A stretch of DNA of 64,000 nt from the IMG/VR virus record IMGVR_UViG_3300038679_000357, positions 1 through 64,000 of that record; one strand, written 5' to 3'. The notes beneath the pieces were generated by a model. The model did not search any database, was not told where the DNA came from, and saw only the letters and a program-made list of their open reading frames with translations. The DNA is from a virus. Taxonomy: Duplodnaviria > Caudoviricetes. The first letter of the stretch is position 1. Each line of letters opens with the position of its first letter. Of this stretch, positions 18,448-27,390 are shown in pieces. A program made the translations under genes and the position numbers.

Positions 18448-18639
18448 AAAAAATGAAACAGATTGTTGACTTTACGAAAACCTGGAATAAATTACCAACA
18501 TGAACAAATTCAATAAAATGTAGGTCTTCCCAAGCGGCTTCACATAGCTGAGGCACGCTCGTGGTCCCCCTTTGGTCCGTTTCGATCCGTATTTAACGCG
18601 ATTCTGAACGGTCAAAAACAAAACCAAAGGATTATCAAA

Positions 18640-19080
18640 ATGACCACAGAAACAATCACTACCGAAACCGTATCCACCGGTATTATCACCATCGACCGCG
18701 AATCCCATAGGAAGGCTTGTGCCTATCTCAAGGGTTTTCTCATCGGCAGGCTCCCAAAACGCCAACACCCCGCGCAGGCAAGGACTCCAGAATTCGAACA
18801 GGGATTGAAGGATTCCAGGGGCGAAACCATCGACTACTACGACGGTGTGAAGACCATCCACCTGTCAGAAGTCACGTTCGCACACATTATTCATAACCGT
18901 ATCCGTCACCGCCGTCCGCATCTCGGATCAGTGGAAAAAGATGCGGCGTTCCTCTTGGCGTTCGAGACAGTCGCCGGTACGACGAAGTGGGGAACGACGC
19001 CTGGATGGCAGATCCGCACGACCCTCAACGGGTTCGGTATCAACGTGTTGTCCATTGTCAAGGCGGGAGGTGTGGAATGA
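18640..19080 (+). CDS. hypothetical protein
   Basis: 146 aa, GC-rich, ATGA-coupled operon. Confidence 0.7.
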   Translation: MTTETITTETVSTGIITIDRESHRKACAYLKGFLIGRLPKRQHPAQARTPEFEQGLKDSRGETIDYYDGVKTIHLSEVTFAHIIHNRIRHRRPHLGSVEKDAAFLLAFETVAGTTKWGTTPGWQIRTTLNGFGINVLSIVKAGGVE

Positions 19081-19541
19081 ACCAGGGTATCACAGTCACG
19101 CTCTCGTCCGACGCCATCCGGAAGCTTATGGATGACGGTCACGAAGATGTGATCGTCGAACTCCAGAAGCACGCCGTCCAAGCTGTCGTCAATCGCTACA
19201 AGAAGCAGATAGGCGATAACCTCGACGAGGCGTTCAAATCCATACTCAGCAACCGTTACGGCATGAAGGACATCGCCAGGAAGATATTGGAGTCCTCCGA
19301 AGCCAAGACTGCGGTCGATATAATGCTTGCCGACCTCGTGGATGAAAAGTCCAACAAACTCAAACGGGAACTGTTGGAGGCGGTCGAGACCCAAAAGACG
19401 ATACTCGACAAATACGCCAGGGACGTGGAGGCGTGGACGAAGAAACTCACCAAGAAATCCGAGATCGTCCACGAGGAAGTAATCCGTAGGATAGTCAAGG
19501 AAGAGCTTCAGGCGATGTTCGCCAAGGTAGGTGCGAAATGA
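19077..19541 (+). CDS. hypothetical helical protein
   Basis: ATG at 19077 with GGAGG SD. Confidence 0.7.
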   Translation: MNQGITVTLSSDAIRKLMDDGHEDVIVELQKHAVQAVVNRYKKQIGDNLDEAFKSILSNRYGMKDIARKILESSEAKTAVDIMLADLVDEKSNKLKRELLEAVETQKTILDKYARDVEAWTKKLTKKSEIVHEEVIRRIVKEELQAMFAKVGAK

Positions 19542-19783
19542 GCAGACAGGAAACCGATCCGGCGCTGAAGGCGTTCGATAAGGTCTATTCGAAACTGGAC
19601 TTCCTCAGCCAACTGATGGAGGAGTACGCCGACGGACTCACGCCCGGAAATGTCGCGCATCACCGTGCGTGGTTCAAGGGACAGGCGCGTGAGATCCAGG
19701 AGATCTACAAGGAGTGTGCTCCCCACCTGACCACCATCGAAACAGCGCTCTGCAGGTATCGCGACGCAGGAGGTGCGAAATGA
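19538..19783 (+). CDS. hypothetical protein
   Basis: 81 aa, ATGA overlaps at both ends. Confidence 0.7.
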   Translation: MSRQETDPALKAFDKVYSKLDFLSQLMEEYADGLTPGNVAHHRAWFKGQAREIQEIYKECAPHLTTIETALCRYRDAGGAK

Positions 19784-20094
19784 GCACCGCCCTCTATATC
19801 GTCGTTGACGAGCGGCTCAACAAGAGCCAGCGCATCCCCCAGGCTGCGCATGCCGCCGCCCAATTCATTCATGAACATGGATAGGACCATGATGTGGTGA
19901 AATGGGTTTCCACCGATCGCACAATGGTATGCCTGAAGGCAAATGCTGGCGAAATCGAAGGATTTCTTAGCATGGGGTTGCGGACATCGGAGTTTATCGA
20001 CGAAGATCTCGGCAATATGAAAACCGCCATCGCGATCGGACCTTTAAGCAGAGAAGAAGGATGGAAGCTATTTAGCAACCTTTCACTGGCTTAA
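19780..20094 (+). CDS. Pth2-like peptidyl-tRNA hydrolase with in-frame TAG (19882-19884)
   Basis: GGAGG SD; LYIVV..QAAHAAAQF..HG[TAG]DHD..W..MVCLK..FIDEDLG..TAIAIGP..LSLA. Confidence 0.85.
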
Positions 20095-20100
20095 CAAAAA

Positions 20101-20129
20101 AGAGGCGGATCGCTTTTCGGTCCGCCTCT
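20101..20129. terminator. bidirectional terminator between convergent operons
   Basis: AGAGGCGGA/TCCGCCTCT flanked by A and T tracts. Confidence 0.85.
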
Positions 20130-20625
20130 ATCTTTTATAAGGATGTAGCCCAGAGAGATTCCGCACGGCAATCGTCAATCCACCAGGAGCGTAAGTTGAC
20201 GTCCATAATCCGTCGATGAAAACCTTTTTTATCGAATCTTTTTCCAACGCTCGACAGGAATCATGAATCAAAATAAGATCAGAATTCATAGCGGCAAATC
20301 GCATGGAATGTAATCTTCCATCTGACTTTCCTGCTGGTCCATCAACAAAAGCCATATCATAACAGCCACAGGCTTCATTCGGAAAGTTTGGGTAGACATA
20401 TTGCAGTAGTCTTACGTTTTTCATTTCAGGAGAAGAAACTTTATTGATCCACTCCTTTGATGTTTCCAGGCTGGTTACAAACTTCGCGTGCCTGGAAAAT
20501 AAAACTGTACTGGAACCGGAACCAATCTCCAAAATACTTTGCACGTCATATGACTTTATAACTGCAAAAATTTCACCCCATACCGACTCGCTGATTGCGC
20601 CTTTTCCAAATATTGGTTCCATCAT
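20128..20625 (-). CDS. class I SAM-dependent methyltransferase-like protein
   Basis: ILEIGSGSST, FVDGP, IHDS. Confidence 0.75.
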   Translation of the reverse strand: MMEPIFGKGAISESVWGEIFAVIKSYDVQSILEIGSGSSTVLFSRHAKFVTSLETSKEWINKVSSPEMKNVRLLQYVYPNFPNEACGCYDMAFVDGPAGKSDGRLHSMRFAAMNSDLILIHDSCRALEKDSIKKVFIDGLWTSTYAPGGLTIAVRNLSGLHPYKR

Positions 20626-20996
20626 TTACCAGCCGTCAATATGCTTCGGAATTCACCAACAATCTCATCTACCATAGAGTCGATTCTCAATGTGTGTTTG
20701 TTGATGGCTTCTCCTTTGGAGTCTTCACCAAACTCAACACCAGCTTCCTCAGCTTCCTCCAAAGCGATCTTATAATTACGAAGTGCTTGACGATGCATTT
20801 CCTGTTTGAACGTATCAAACAATGCCTCTCGATACTGCTCACCATTCGGCATATTATCCAGAACATTGCGCAATATCTGCAAAAGCGCAATGTTGTAGAA
20901 AGCATTTCGAATCGTATCGTACACGGCTTCAGGCTCTTCAAGTTTGATCACGCTGATTTTCTCCAATACATTTTTTGAATAGCTGTAATTGCCCAC
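20622..20996 (-). CDS. hypothetical protein
   Basis: 124 aa ORF. Confidence 0.6.
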   Translation of the reverse strand: MGNYSYSKNVLEKISVIKLEEPEAVYDTIRNAFYNIALLQILRNVLDNMPNGEQYREALFDTFKQEMHRQALRNYKIALEEAEEAGVEFGEDSKGEAINKHTLRIDSMVDEIVGEFRSILTAGK

Positions 20997-21205
20997 AATG
21001 TAGCTGACATAAATGCGCTACCTGCCGCCCAAAACAAATTCAACGAATTGAACGTGAATGACATGATATACAACGTCAAAAACGTTAACGTTGAAGTGAA
21101 TAATGAAATGCCACAACGTTTCCGACGCTGATTGTCAAACACCTGATAAAGCATCGTGACAATAAAAACAGCATTGCAAATAGCGAGGACTTTATCTTGC
21201 CACAT
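20948..21205 (-). CDS. small multi-TM membrane protein (PQ-loop/SemiSWEET-like)
   Basis: Three hydrophobic segments, LYQV..N..K..GIS. Confidence 0.5.
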   Translation of the reverse strand: MWQDKVLAICNAVFIVTMLYQVFDNQRRKRCGISLFTSTLTFLTLYIMSFTFNSLNLFWAAGSAFMSATLWAITAIQKMYWRKSA

Positions 21206-21207
21206 AA

Positions 21208-22026
21208 TTACATCATGGTTTCGAGTTTGCGTTGTAGTTTTTTGGCTATCTTCGCGCATCCCGCGTGGAATGCCACGTTCTCCTCATAATGGAAATGCTG
21301 TCCGGCAGACATCGTCGGAACAAACATGATCCTATTCACCAAACAGCAATGGAAGAGCATTTCCAATTCGGCGCACTGCCGCATTAGGGATTCACGTCCG
21401 AACAACTCGAACGAACAATCCAACCCATAACCTCCATAGAGCCTTTCAGTGTGGTACGGCAAGTAGTCAGCGAACTCGAAAAATCCCGGTATCAGAATTC
21501 GCGCATCGAGTCTTTTTTCGATCTCCTCCTGGAAAGAGTCAACCGAAACGGTTTTATTAAAGATGTCGGTTCCTGGAGCCATGCATACGTCGCGAAAGAC
21601 GTCGCGATGGATCGGGAAGGGATGTACCTTGATGCATTCGGGATCGTCCGGAAGCCACTTCCGAAACGGTTTCAACCCGACCCTTCCGTCGTACATGGCA
21701 TCGAACAGGTACTCCGGATCGAAATGGTCCGGATTTTCCGGATTGAACTCCTGTTCATGGCACTCGTTATTCCCTACGGGGACGTGCATCGCCTGCTTGC
21801 GGAGGAACCCAACAAAGTCCTGCCAGGCTGGTTGCTGTACATCGAACTCATACCGTCCATAGTCGTCGTACACCATGTCGATACCGAAACTGCACGGCAC
21901 GTACAAGCCGGTGGGATAGCAGAGTACGTCGAGATCATAATTCGACGCGATGAAGTACATCTTTACCGGCTGTCCGAAACCAAGAGACAGTCCGGAGATG
22001 CCGCACGCCATATCGAAAGAGCCCAT
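21208..22026 (-). CDS. hypothetical phage protein
   Basis: 272 aa, GC-rich, MGSFDMACGISGL. Confidence 0.7.
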   Translation of the reverse strand: MGSFDMACGISGLSLGFGQPVKMYFIASNYDLDVLCYPTGLYVPCSFGIDMVYDDYGRYEFDVQQPAWQDFVGFLRKQAMHVPVGNNECHEQEFNPENPDHFDPEYLFDAMYDGRVGLKPFRKWLPDDPECIKVHPFPIHRDVFRDVCMAPGTDIFNKTVSVDSFQEEIEKRLDARILIPGFFEFADYLPYHTERLYGGYGLDCSFELFGRESLMRQCAELEMLFHCCLVNRIMFVPTMSAGQHFHYEENVAFHAGCAKIAKKLQRKLETMM

Positions 22027-22053
22027 AATGTTTCCCTTGTGTTAACGAAGAAT

Positions 22054-22129
22054 TGGCGGTCTCGGGCGGAGTCGAACCGCCGACCAACGGTTTAGGAAAC
22101 CGCTGCTCTATCCTCTGAGCTACGAGACC
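22054..22129 (-). tRNA. tRNA-Arg(CCT)
   Basis: GCGGT-TTCCTAA-ACCGT. Confidence 0.95.
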
Positions 22130-22139
22130 ATAATGGATG

Positions 22140-22373
22140 GCGCAGACAGTTCACCTGCAACCACCCTAAATATCAGCCGATCAGACCATGAGTAGGTGTT
22201 TCCACTTCATGGACAGCCTCCGCAATCCACCGCCTCCGAAAAACAGGCGGTGTCGGTTCTTCCACTTCTCCTATACGGCGACCATTTTTCGGGCGGACAC
22301 CGTACCGATACCAGAGAAATGTTCACTTTTAGCTCGTGCGGCGCTTTTATAGCGGCTATTTGTCGAACTGTAC
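22140..22373 (-). ncRNA. ~235 nt multibranch structured RNA
   Basis: Ends pair ACAGTTC/GAACTGT; internal CACCGCCT/AGGCGGTG, CCATGA/TCATGG, TCGGT/ACCGA. Confidence 0.55.
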
Positions 22374-22448
22374 TGGTGGGACCGGTAGGATTTGGACCTA
22401 CGACTGACACTTTATGAGAGTGCTGTTCTACCGCTGAACTACGATCCC
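22374..22448 (-). tRNA. tRNA(CAT), Met or Ile2
   Basis: GCACT-CTCATAA-AGTGT. Confidence 0.9.
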
Positions 22449-22622
22449 AGATACATTATGTTATGTGAATATAGTATGTCCCATGCTCTTTTCAATACGA
22501 CGCCGAATAAATTATTGATGGCTAAGGCTACTCAGTTATTTCCTTAGAACATTCGTGACATGGGCATTGATCAACGCCATATTGCTGAAGATCCATTTCA
22601 GAAAAATGATTCGCCCCGTACT

Positions 22623-22883
22623 TTAGTTCTTCTCGCTCATAGTTCTCTTGAGCGAAATCGCCAGCCTCTCTTCTGGTGATATGTTCTTCGGTATTCCTTC
22701 CTCGCATAGTTCACAAATCCCCTTAATTTCTACTTTTGGTGCTGGACATTTACACGTATTCACTCTGCCGCATTCAACGCAAACATACCGATAATGATGT
22801 TTGTGTTCTTTCTTCTCTTCTTGCATCAACTCCCTGAATGTTTTAATCCCATCAGCAATCTTGATTTTCATACCAACCTTCAA
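22623..22883 (-). CDS. small Zn-binding protein
   Basis: CVEC, CKC, CELC. Confidence 0.6.
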   Translation of the reverse strand: MKVGMKIKIADGIKTFRELMQEEKKEHKHHYRYVCVECGRVNTCKCPAPKVEIKGICELCEEGIPKNISPEERLAISLKRTMSEKN

Positions 22884-23206
22884 TTATAGTTTTCATAATC
22901 TGGACTTCCGGCAATCCTCTCCAGAGCACTATGAATGATAGAAAAACTATCATCATCGAGCAATCCCAATTTATCATGAAGGACTAATGCTTCACGATCG
23001 ACATTCTCCATGGATATCTTGGGATTAGAAGAAACGGCAATTACTACACCACCACAATCATATAGACGGCATGACGAAGAAGAGGATTTTAATGAGATCG
23101 GACCAGACATGCCATGTGTCATTGCATACATTCTAGCTGCCTCCTCACTGGACGAAGCAGATAGTGATATAGGGGGACCAACCACCGAAAGAATACTCCA
23201 CATCAT
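22880..23206 (-). CDS. hypothetical protein
   Basis: 108 aa ORF. Confidence 0.55.
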   Translation of the reverse strand: MMWSILSVVGPPISLSASSSEEAARMYAMTHGMSGPISLKSSSSSCRLYDCGGVVIAVSSNPKISMENVDREALVLHDKLGLLDDDSFSIIHSALERIAGSPDYENYN

Positions 23207-23232
23207 AAGCGTCTCAACTTAATGCCAAAGCA

Positions 23233-23442
23233 CTACAGCTTTTGTTTTCGATTTTTTCGTTTGCGCGTATCTTTTTCTTGGCACGACAAAATCATATATG
23301 CTGGATAATTAATTTCGCCGCTTGGGAAAATATATTTTTCACCACAAAACTTACAACATGGCATGAATTCCATGATCTCTCTTCCTTCAACATGGCATTC
23401 ACACTTGCAAATTTTTTTCGCATCAGCCGAAGTTTTAATCAC
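23233..23442 (-). CDS. small Cys-rich protein
   Basis: CKCECH..CCKFC. Confidence 0.6.
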   Translation of the reverse strand: MIKTSADAKKICKCECHVEGREIMEFMPCCKFCGEKYIFPSGEINYPAYMILSCQEKDTRKRKNRKQKL

Positions 23443-24055
23443 CCCAAATCTCCTTAATCAAGTCATAGACCAACTTCTTCTGCCCTTCGTCAAACTTCCA
23501 CCGTTTGCCGACGTTCTTGTCCGCCCAGTCCTTCGGCTGCGTGCCCTTCTCGTCGGACATGGCGCACCAGTCGGCGACCATCTCGGCGATGTCGGTGTCG
23601 GACATCCCAGTACCATCCACCATCTTATCCGGGATTGCGTCGCGGTCGTTGCGATTGATGCTGCCGTCCCCAGCCTTCGGATCGTGCAACTCTGGATGAT
23701 GGCGATTGTGTTTAACATGATGCTGCGTGGCTTGGTTCATCATATCCAGGATCTTTTTGGGGACGTCGAACTTCTCGCCCTTGTCCTTCATCCTGTACTG
23801 CCAGGTAATGAAGACGTACGGAGTCTTTTCCGGCTCTTCGTACTTCGTCTGATCGTGCGTCTCCTTACGTTTTTCCAACCCAGAGAACTCATCTGGTCGC
23901 ACTTTCAGGATCTTATCAATATACTTTCGCACAAGTCCAATATGTTTTTCGGTACGCTTCTCGAACCAATCCAACATCTCCTGGGTGGGGATGCCATTCT
24001 CAACGTCAGCTTTTTCTGCTTCTTTCCTTAGCGATTGCTTCAAATCCATATTCAT
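23435..24055 (-). CDS. HD-type phosphohydrolase (DUF5662-like)
   Basis: EKHIGLV, HDQTKY, HHVKHNRHHPE, EMVADW. Confidence 0.75.
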   Translation of the reverse strand: MNMDLKQSLRKEAEKADVENGIPTQEMLDWFEKRTEKHIGLVRKYIDKILKVRPDEFSGLEKRKETHDQTKYEEPEKTPYVFITWQYRMKDKGEKFDVPKKILDMMNQATQHHVKHNRHHPELHDPKAGDGSINRNDRDAIPDKMVDGTGMSDTDIAEMVADWCAMSDEKGTQPKDWADKNVGKRWKFDEGQKKLVYDLIKEIWGD

Positions 24056-24092
24056 CGGACCTCTTTTTAATGTCTCGATTGTACAATTTTAT

Positions 24093-24169
24093 TGGCACCC
24101 TTGCCCGGCTACGATCCGGGGACCCACGGTTTAGAAAACCGTTGCTCTATCCAACTGAGCTACAAGGGC
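24093..24169 (-). tRNA. tRNA-Arg(TCT), T-loop AUCGUAG
   Basis: ACGGT-TTTCTAA-ACCGT. Confidence 0.9.
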
Positions 24170-24176
24170 TTACAAA

Positions 24177-24383
24177 CTATTTCTGATTGGCAGACTTCAT
24201 CTTTTCCACGAATTCGAGATACTCCTTGCGCTCAGTTGGACCTGAAGCGCAATCACACTCGCCGTTGACGGGTAGCCCGCATTTTGCGCAACACCGATGT
24301 GCCACACAATAGCCATGCGTCACCGTTGCGACGCCATGGAACGTCACCGCCTCTTTTTCGCAGTCAAAATTTGAACACTTCAT
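24177..24383 (-). CDS. small Cys-rich protein
   Basis: 68 aa; in frame with the upstream ORF across a TAG. Confidence 0.6.
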   Translation of the reverse strand: MKCSNFDCEKEAVTFHGVATVTHGYCVAHRCCAKCGLPVNGECDCASGPTERKEYLEFVEKMKSANQK

Positions 24384-24395
24384 AGTCGGTTTTTC

Positions 24396-24740
24396 CTATT
24401 TTTTCTTTCCGCTGAACATTCCCTTCAGAAAATCAGCTACATCGCCATCGCCAGAGTTTCCGAACAAATCTTCGTACGCATTGTCTTTATTCATGCCTGA
24501 ATTGGCGTTCTTATTGTTTTTATACTGGTTGACCATTTCAGCAATTTCTTTTGTTTTTTCAGCACCTGCTGAGTAGCCAATATCGTAAACCTGTTTCATC
24601 ATCTTCTCAAACTGAGAAGGAGTCAGTTTGACATCACCGTCAATCTTTTTCTTTTCGTTAAGCTTCTGCCAATATTCAGTAAATGTCATATCTTTCTCTC
24701 TTTTTGCCAAGCAACATACCAAGCTAAAGAACATTTTCAA
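24396..24740 (-). CDS. hypothetical protein
   Basis: ORF ending in TAG; true start may be the later MTFTEY. Confidence 0.6.
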   Translation of the reverse strand: MKMFFSLVCCLAKREKDMTFTEYWQKLNEKKKIDGDVKLTPSQFEKMMKQVYDIGYSAGAEKTKEIAEMVNQYKNNKNANSGMNKDNAYEDLFGNSGDGDVADFLKGMFSGKKK

Positions 24741-24751
24741 GAAACAAAAAT

Positions 24752-24830
24752 GGACGCCAGTCGGCGTCCTGAAAGTTAATCGAGGTTTCTAACATCGGGC
24801 TCAAGGCAAAACCTCTTAACACCTTGAGTA
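24752..24830 (-). ncRNA. H-type pseudoknot plus hairpin
   Basis: CTCAAGG/CCTTGAG crossed by GAGGTTT/AAACCTC; GGACGCC/GGCGTCC. Confidence 0.55.
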
Positions 24831-24835
24831 GGATT

Positions 24836-24914
24836 TGGTAGCGGGGGCAGGATTCGAACCTGCGATTCTGTGGTTATGAGCCACAAGTCCTGGACCGGGC
24901 TAGACGACCCCGCA
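24836..24914 (-). tRNA. tRNA(CAT), initiator-like
   Basis: Unpaired 1:72, GCGGGG acceptor, TGTGG-CTCATAA-CCACA. Confidence 0.85.
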
Positions 24915-25007
24915 GTCATTTGAAACTATAACTACTTCAAAAGAGATTTCAATCCCTTTTTCGGGAATTTTGAAGCAATGATACCTCCCGCAAGAGAACA
25001 CGGTGTT

Positions 25008-25334
25008 TCATATGGTGATTCCGCTACCGCAGATCTCCTTCTTGTCCATCAATCCGAAAACATTATTGCCATATGCGCCCTGCGGAAGCTCCTCGACATA
25101 GAACAGCTTCCTACCGATCTCGGCATAATTGAGGGGGCGGGCGACGATCGAAACCATATTGGCTGCCAGCAACTCATCATTCAACCATTGCGGAATGTAT
25201 CTCGCCGAATACTTCCGCCACTTCTTCATGGACCGCGCCTTGCGAGTCCGGATCTTGCAGAACGGCTTCGCAATCTCGATAAGCGGTACGCCGCGATGGA
25301 ACATCGGCACTATCGACTGGACGGTCGGTTTCAT
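25008..25334 (-). CDS. hypothetical protein with capsid-N-terminus-like motif
   Basis: RPLNYAEIGRKLFYVEELPQGAY. Confidence 0.6.
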   Translation of the reverse strand: MKPTVQSIVPMFHRGVPLIEIAKPFCKIRTRKARSMKKWRKYSARYIPQWLNDELLAANMVSIVARPLNYAEIGRKLFYVEELPQGAYGNNVFGLMDKKEICGSGITI

Positions 25335-25469
25335 ACGGGGAATCCCCCGTACTTGGTAGTCATGGTTTCGGATTTCAGAATCTTTACATTGCTATTTCCC
25401 GCCGCATCAGCGATGGCAGCGAGAATGAAATCAAGATTGTACAGGAGAACCAACACGGCGAACAAACCG

Positions 25470-25733
25470 TTATTTTGATTTTTCATGATCACACTCCTGA
25501 TCCGCCGATAATTTTTCGGACAAGGCGACGATCTTGTCAAAATTATTGGCGATCCAAGACGCAACTTCGACCGCCGTCCAATCCAACGTATCTTCCGATG
25601 TATACTTTTCGCGAATCATCACCTCAATTCTAGTCTTGAAGTTGCAGATCCGTTCATGGTTTAGTGCGTCATGCGCGTCATCGAACTCCTGTCCATCCGA
25701 CGTCCTGTACTTAATGACCTGAGTAATTGACAT
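25470..25733 (-). CDS. hypothetical phage protein
   Basis: KYRTSDGQEF..A..HE. Confidence 0.6.
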   Translation of the reverse strand: MSITQVIKYRTSDGQEFDDAHDALNHERICNFKTRIEVMIREKYTSEDTLDWTAVEVASWIANNFDKIVALSEKLSADQECDHEKSK

Positions 25734-25821
25734 GTTTTTTCTCTCTTTGCATGGTTGGAAACAATTTGATGTCGCTGACGTCCGTCCGACGTCCTGTATT
25801 TGAGCTATCCGATCCTAACGT

Positions 25822-26229
25822 TCAATCCGGACATATCTTACATTCTCCGTCAATCGACACAATTCGGCATTTGTGTTTTTTAAGAATTTCATCAATGGCG
25901 GTACGACAGCATATAACGTCTTTTTTATGCCAATTCACGGAGCTGTTTGGATCATTTCTAATCTCAGATATCAGAGAGCGAAGCGTATCATACAACCCAT
26001 GTCTGACATATAAGTTATCCATCGCATATCCAACATAGCTGATAGGAATGAGCCAGGGAAACACCAATACATATTCCCCCTTCCATTTCATAAACTTGTA
26101 CAGCCTGCATTGGTCAGAGAAATTATCACGGGTTTTGTCCACACGCAACCCTGGATACATTTCGACAAGGGAATCAACGATACGGAAAAAATCCCTGAGC
26201 GATATCTTTTCTACGCCTTCGGACGCCAA
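25822..26229 (-). CDS. hypothetical protein (start uncertain)
   Basis: ORF trimmed to exclude tRNA-Arg. Confidence 0.5.
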   Translation of the reverse strand: MASEGVEKISLRDFFRIVDSLVEMYPGLRVDKTRDNFSDQCRLYKFMKWKGEYVLVFPWLIPISYVGYAMDNLYVRHGLYDTLRSLISEIRNDPNSSVNWHKKDVICCRTAIDEILKKHKCRIVSIDGECKICPD

Positions 26230-26282
26230 TACGACAACGACATTACACAAACCAAGTTCTTGTGTCGTATCGACATCTGAAA

Positions 26283-26357
26283 TGGTGGTCCGGGCGGGAA
26301 TCGAACCCACATCACCAACTTCGGAGGCTGGCGCACTATCCGTTGTGCTACTGGACC
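26283..26357 (-). tRNA. tRNA-Arg(CCG)
   Basis: CCAGC-CTCCGAA-GTTGG. Confidence 0.95.
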
Positions 26358-26391
26358 GTATTGGTTTCTGGAGAGTATCTTCCACAACCTA

Positions 26392-26784
26392 CTACTCCTT
26401 AGTACAATATAAGTTGGCGTCGAATGTGCCAAACTGGGCACATGTCAAAATCGTACCTGCAGCAGTCAAATCACTCATCGCCATAACCATCCTCGGTACC
26501 GCACTCATATTCCACGAATGAATAATGACATTCTTTGGTCTATTGCTGGATGCAATGGAATTCATAAAAACTGCTGCCTGATACCCGGTATTCGAATCAT
26601 CGCTATTTACGAAAGCTTTTCCACCAAGGTCATGATCAAGAAAAACGACGTCGATGTCGCTCGCCAAATATGATGACTTAAACGCTTCTACAGTGGTGCA
26701 AATCGTTAAGTCGTGCGAATTGCCAAAGAGAGTTACAAACTTAGCGATCCGTAATGATTCATCTTCAAGTACAAGTATCTTCAT
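26392..26784 (-). CDS. cyclic-phosphate-processing receiver (cREC)-like protein, copy A
   Basis: ILVLED, FLDHDLGG, TGY, IIHSWN; ends TAG TAG. Confidence 0.75.
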   Translation of the reverse strand: MKILVLEDESLRIAKFVTLFGNSHDLTICTTVEAFKSSYLASDIDVVFLDHDLGGKAFVNSDDSNTGYQAAVFMNSIASSNRPKNVIIHSWNMSAVPRMVMAMSDLTAAGTILTCAQFGTFDANLYCTKE

Positions 26785-26848
26785 TTTTCTCTCCGTTTTG
26801 GAAGATATGCTAGTTACTGAAGATATGTTAGAAGAGGAGCTTTTCAAG

Positions 26849-26865
26849 TGGTAGTCCCACCAGGA
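26849..26865 (-). pseudogene. 3' fragment of tRNA-Gln(CTG)
   Basis: Identical to the 3' end of the tRNA at 27827. Confidence 0.75.
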
Positions 26866-26926
26866 TCGGACAATACGACAACGATATTGCACAAACCAAG
26901 TTCTTGTGCTATATCAACATCTGAAA

Positions 26927-26970
26927 TGGTGGTCCGGAGGCTGACGCACTATCTGTTGTGCTACTGGACC
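26927..26970 (-). pseudogene. tRNA-Arg(CCG) with 31-nt internal deletion
   Basis: Copy of 26283-26357 deleted between CGG microhomologies. Confidence 0.8.
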
Positions 26971-26997
26971 GTATTGGTTTTTGCGGTGGAGGTGGAT

Positions 26998-27390
26998 TTA
27001 CCGGCTTCGGCACCGTCGGGACCTCGTTGACCCCCTGCGCTTCACGCTCCCCTCCTTCATCGGCTGTGTCATTTCCTTCCTGAATGCCGCCATGACCTCG
27101 GAATCGCCAACCAATCTGTCCCGCATTTCACGGATGGCATCTGCCATCTCTGCCGCTGACATGTCGTAGGTTCCGTCGTTGTGAGCGGCGATACGGTTGA
27201 TCAACCTGGTGAACTCGACATTCCCGTATTCGTCGCTGTCCCATTTCGCGGTGGCGAGACGGTGGTAGGTGCCGGTGCCGTTGTGCTCGAACACGACGTC
27301 CAGCTCCTGCTCGTCGCCCGAGACGTCCTCCTGGTAGAAGACGATCCGCCTGATCTTCAATTCGTTCGACAACTTGATGGAGGTGGGCAT
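26998..27390 (-). CDS. hypothetical protein
   Basis: MPTSIKL..., TGATG-coupled, GC-rich. Confidence 0.6.
   Translation of the reverse strand: MPTSIKLSNELKIRRIVFYQEDVSGDEQELDVVFEHNGTGTYHRLATAKWDSDEYGNVEFTRLINRIAAHNDGTYDMSAAEMADAIREMRDRLVGDSEVMAAFRKEMTQPMKEGSVKRRGSTRSRRCRSR

Noticed and set aside
25760-25822. TAG-containing mini-ORF with a duplicated KYRTSDG motif
   Set aside because: Short local duplication with no credible start; probably a remnant.
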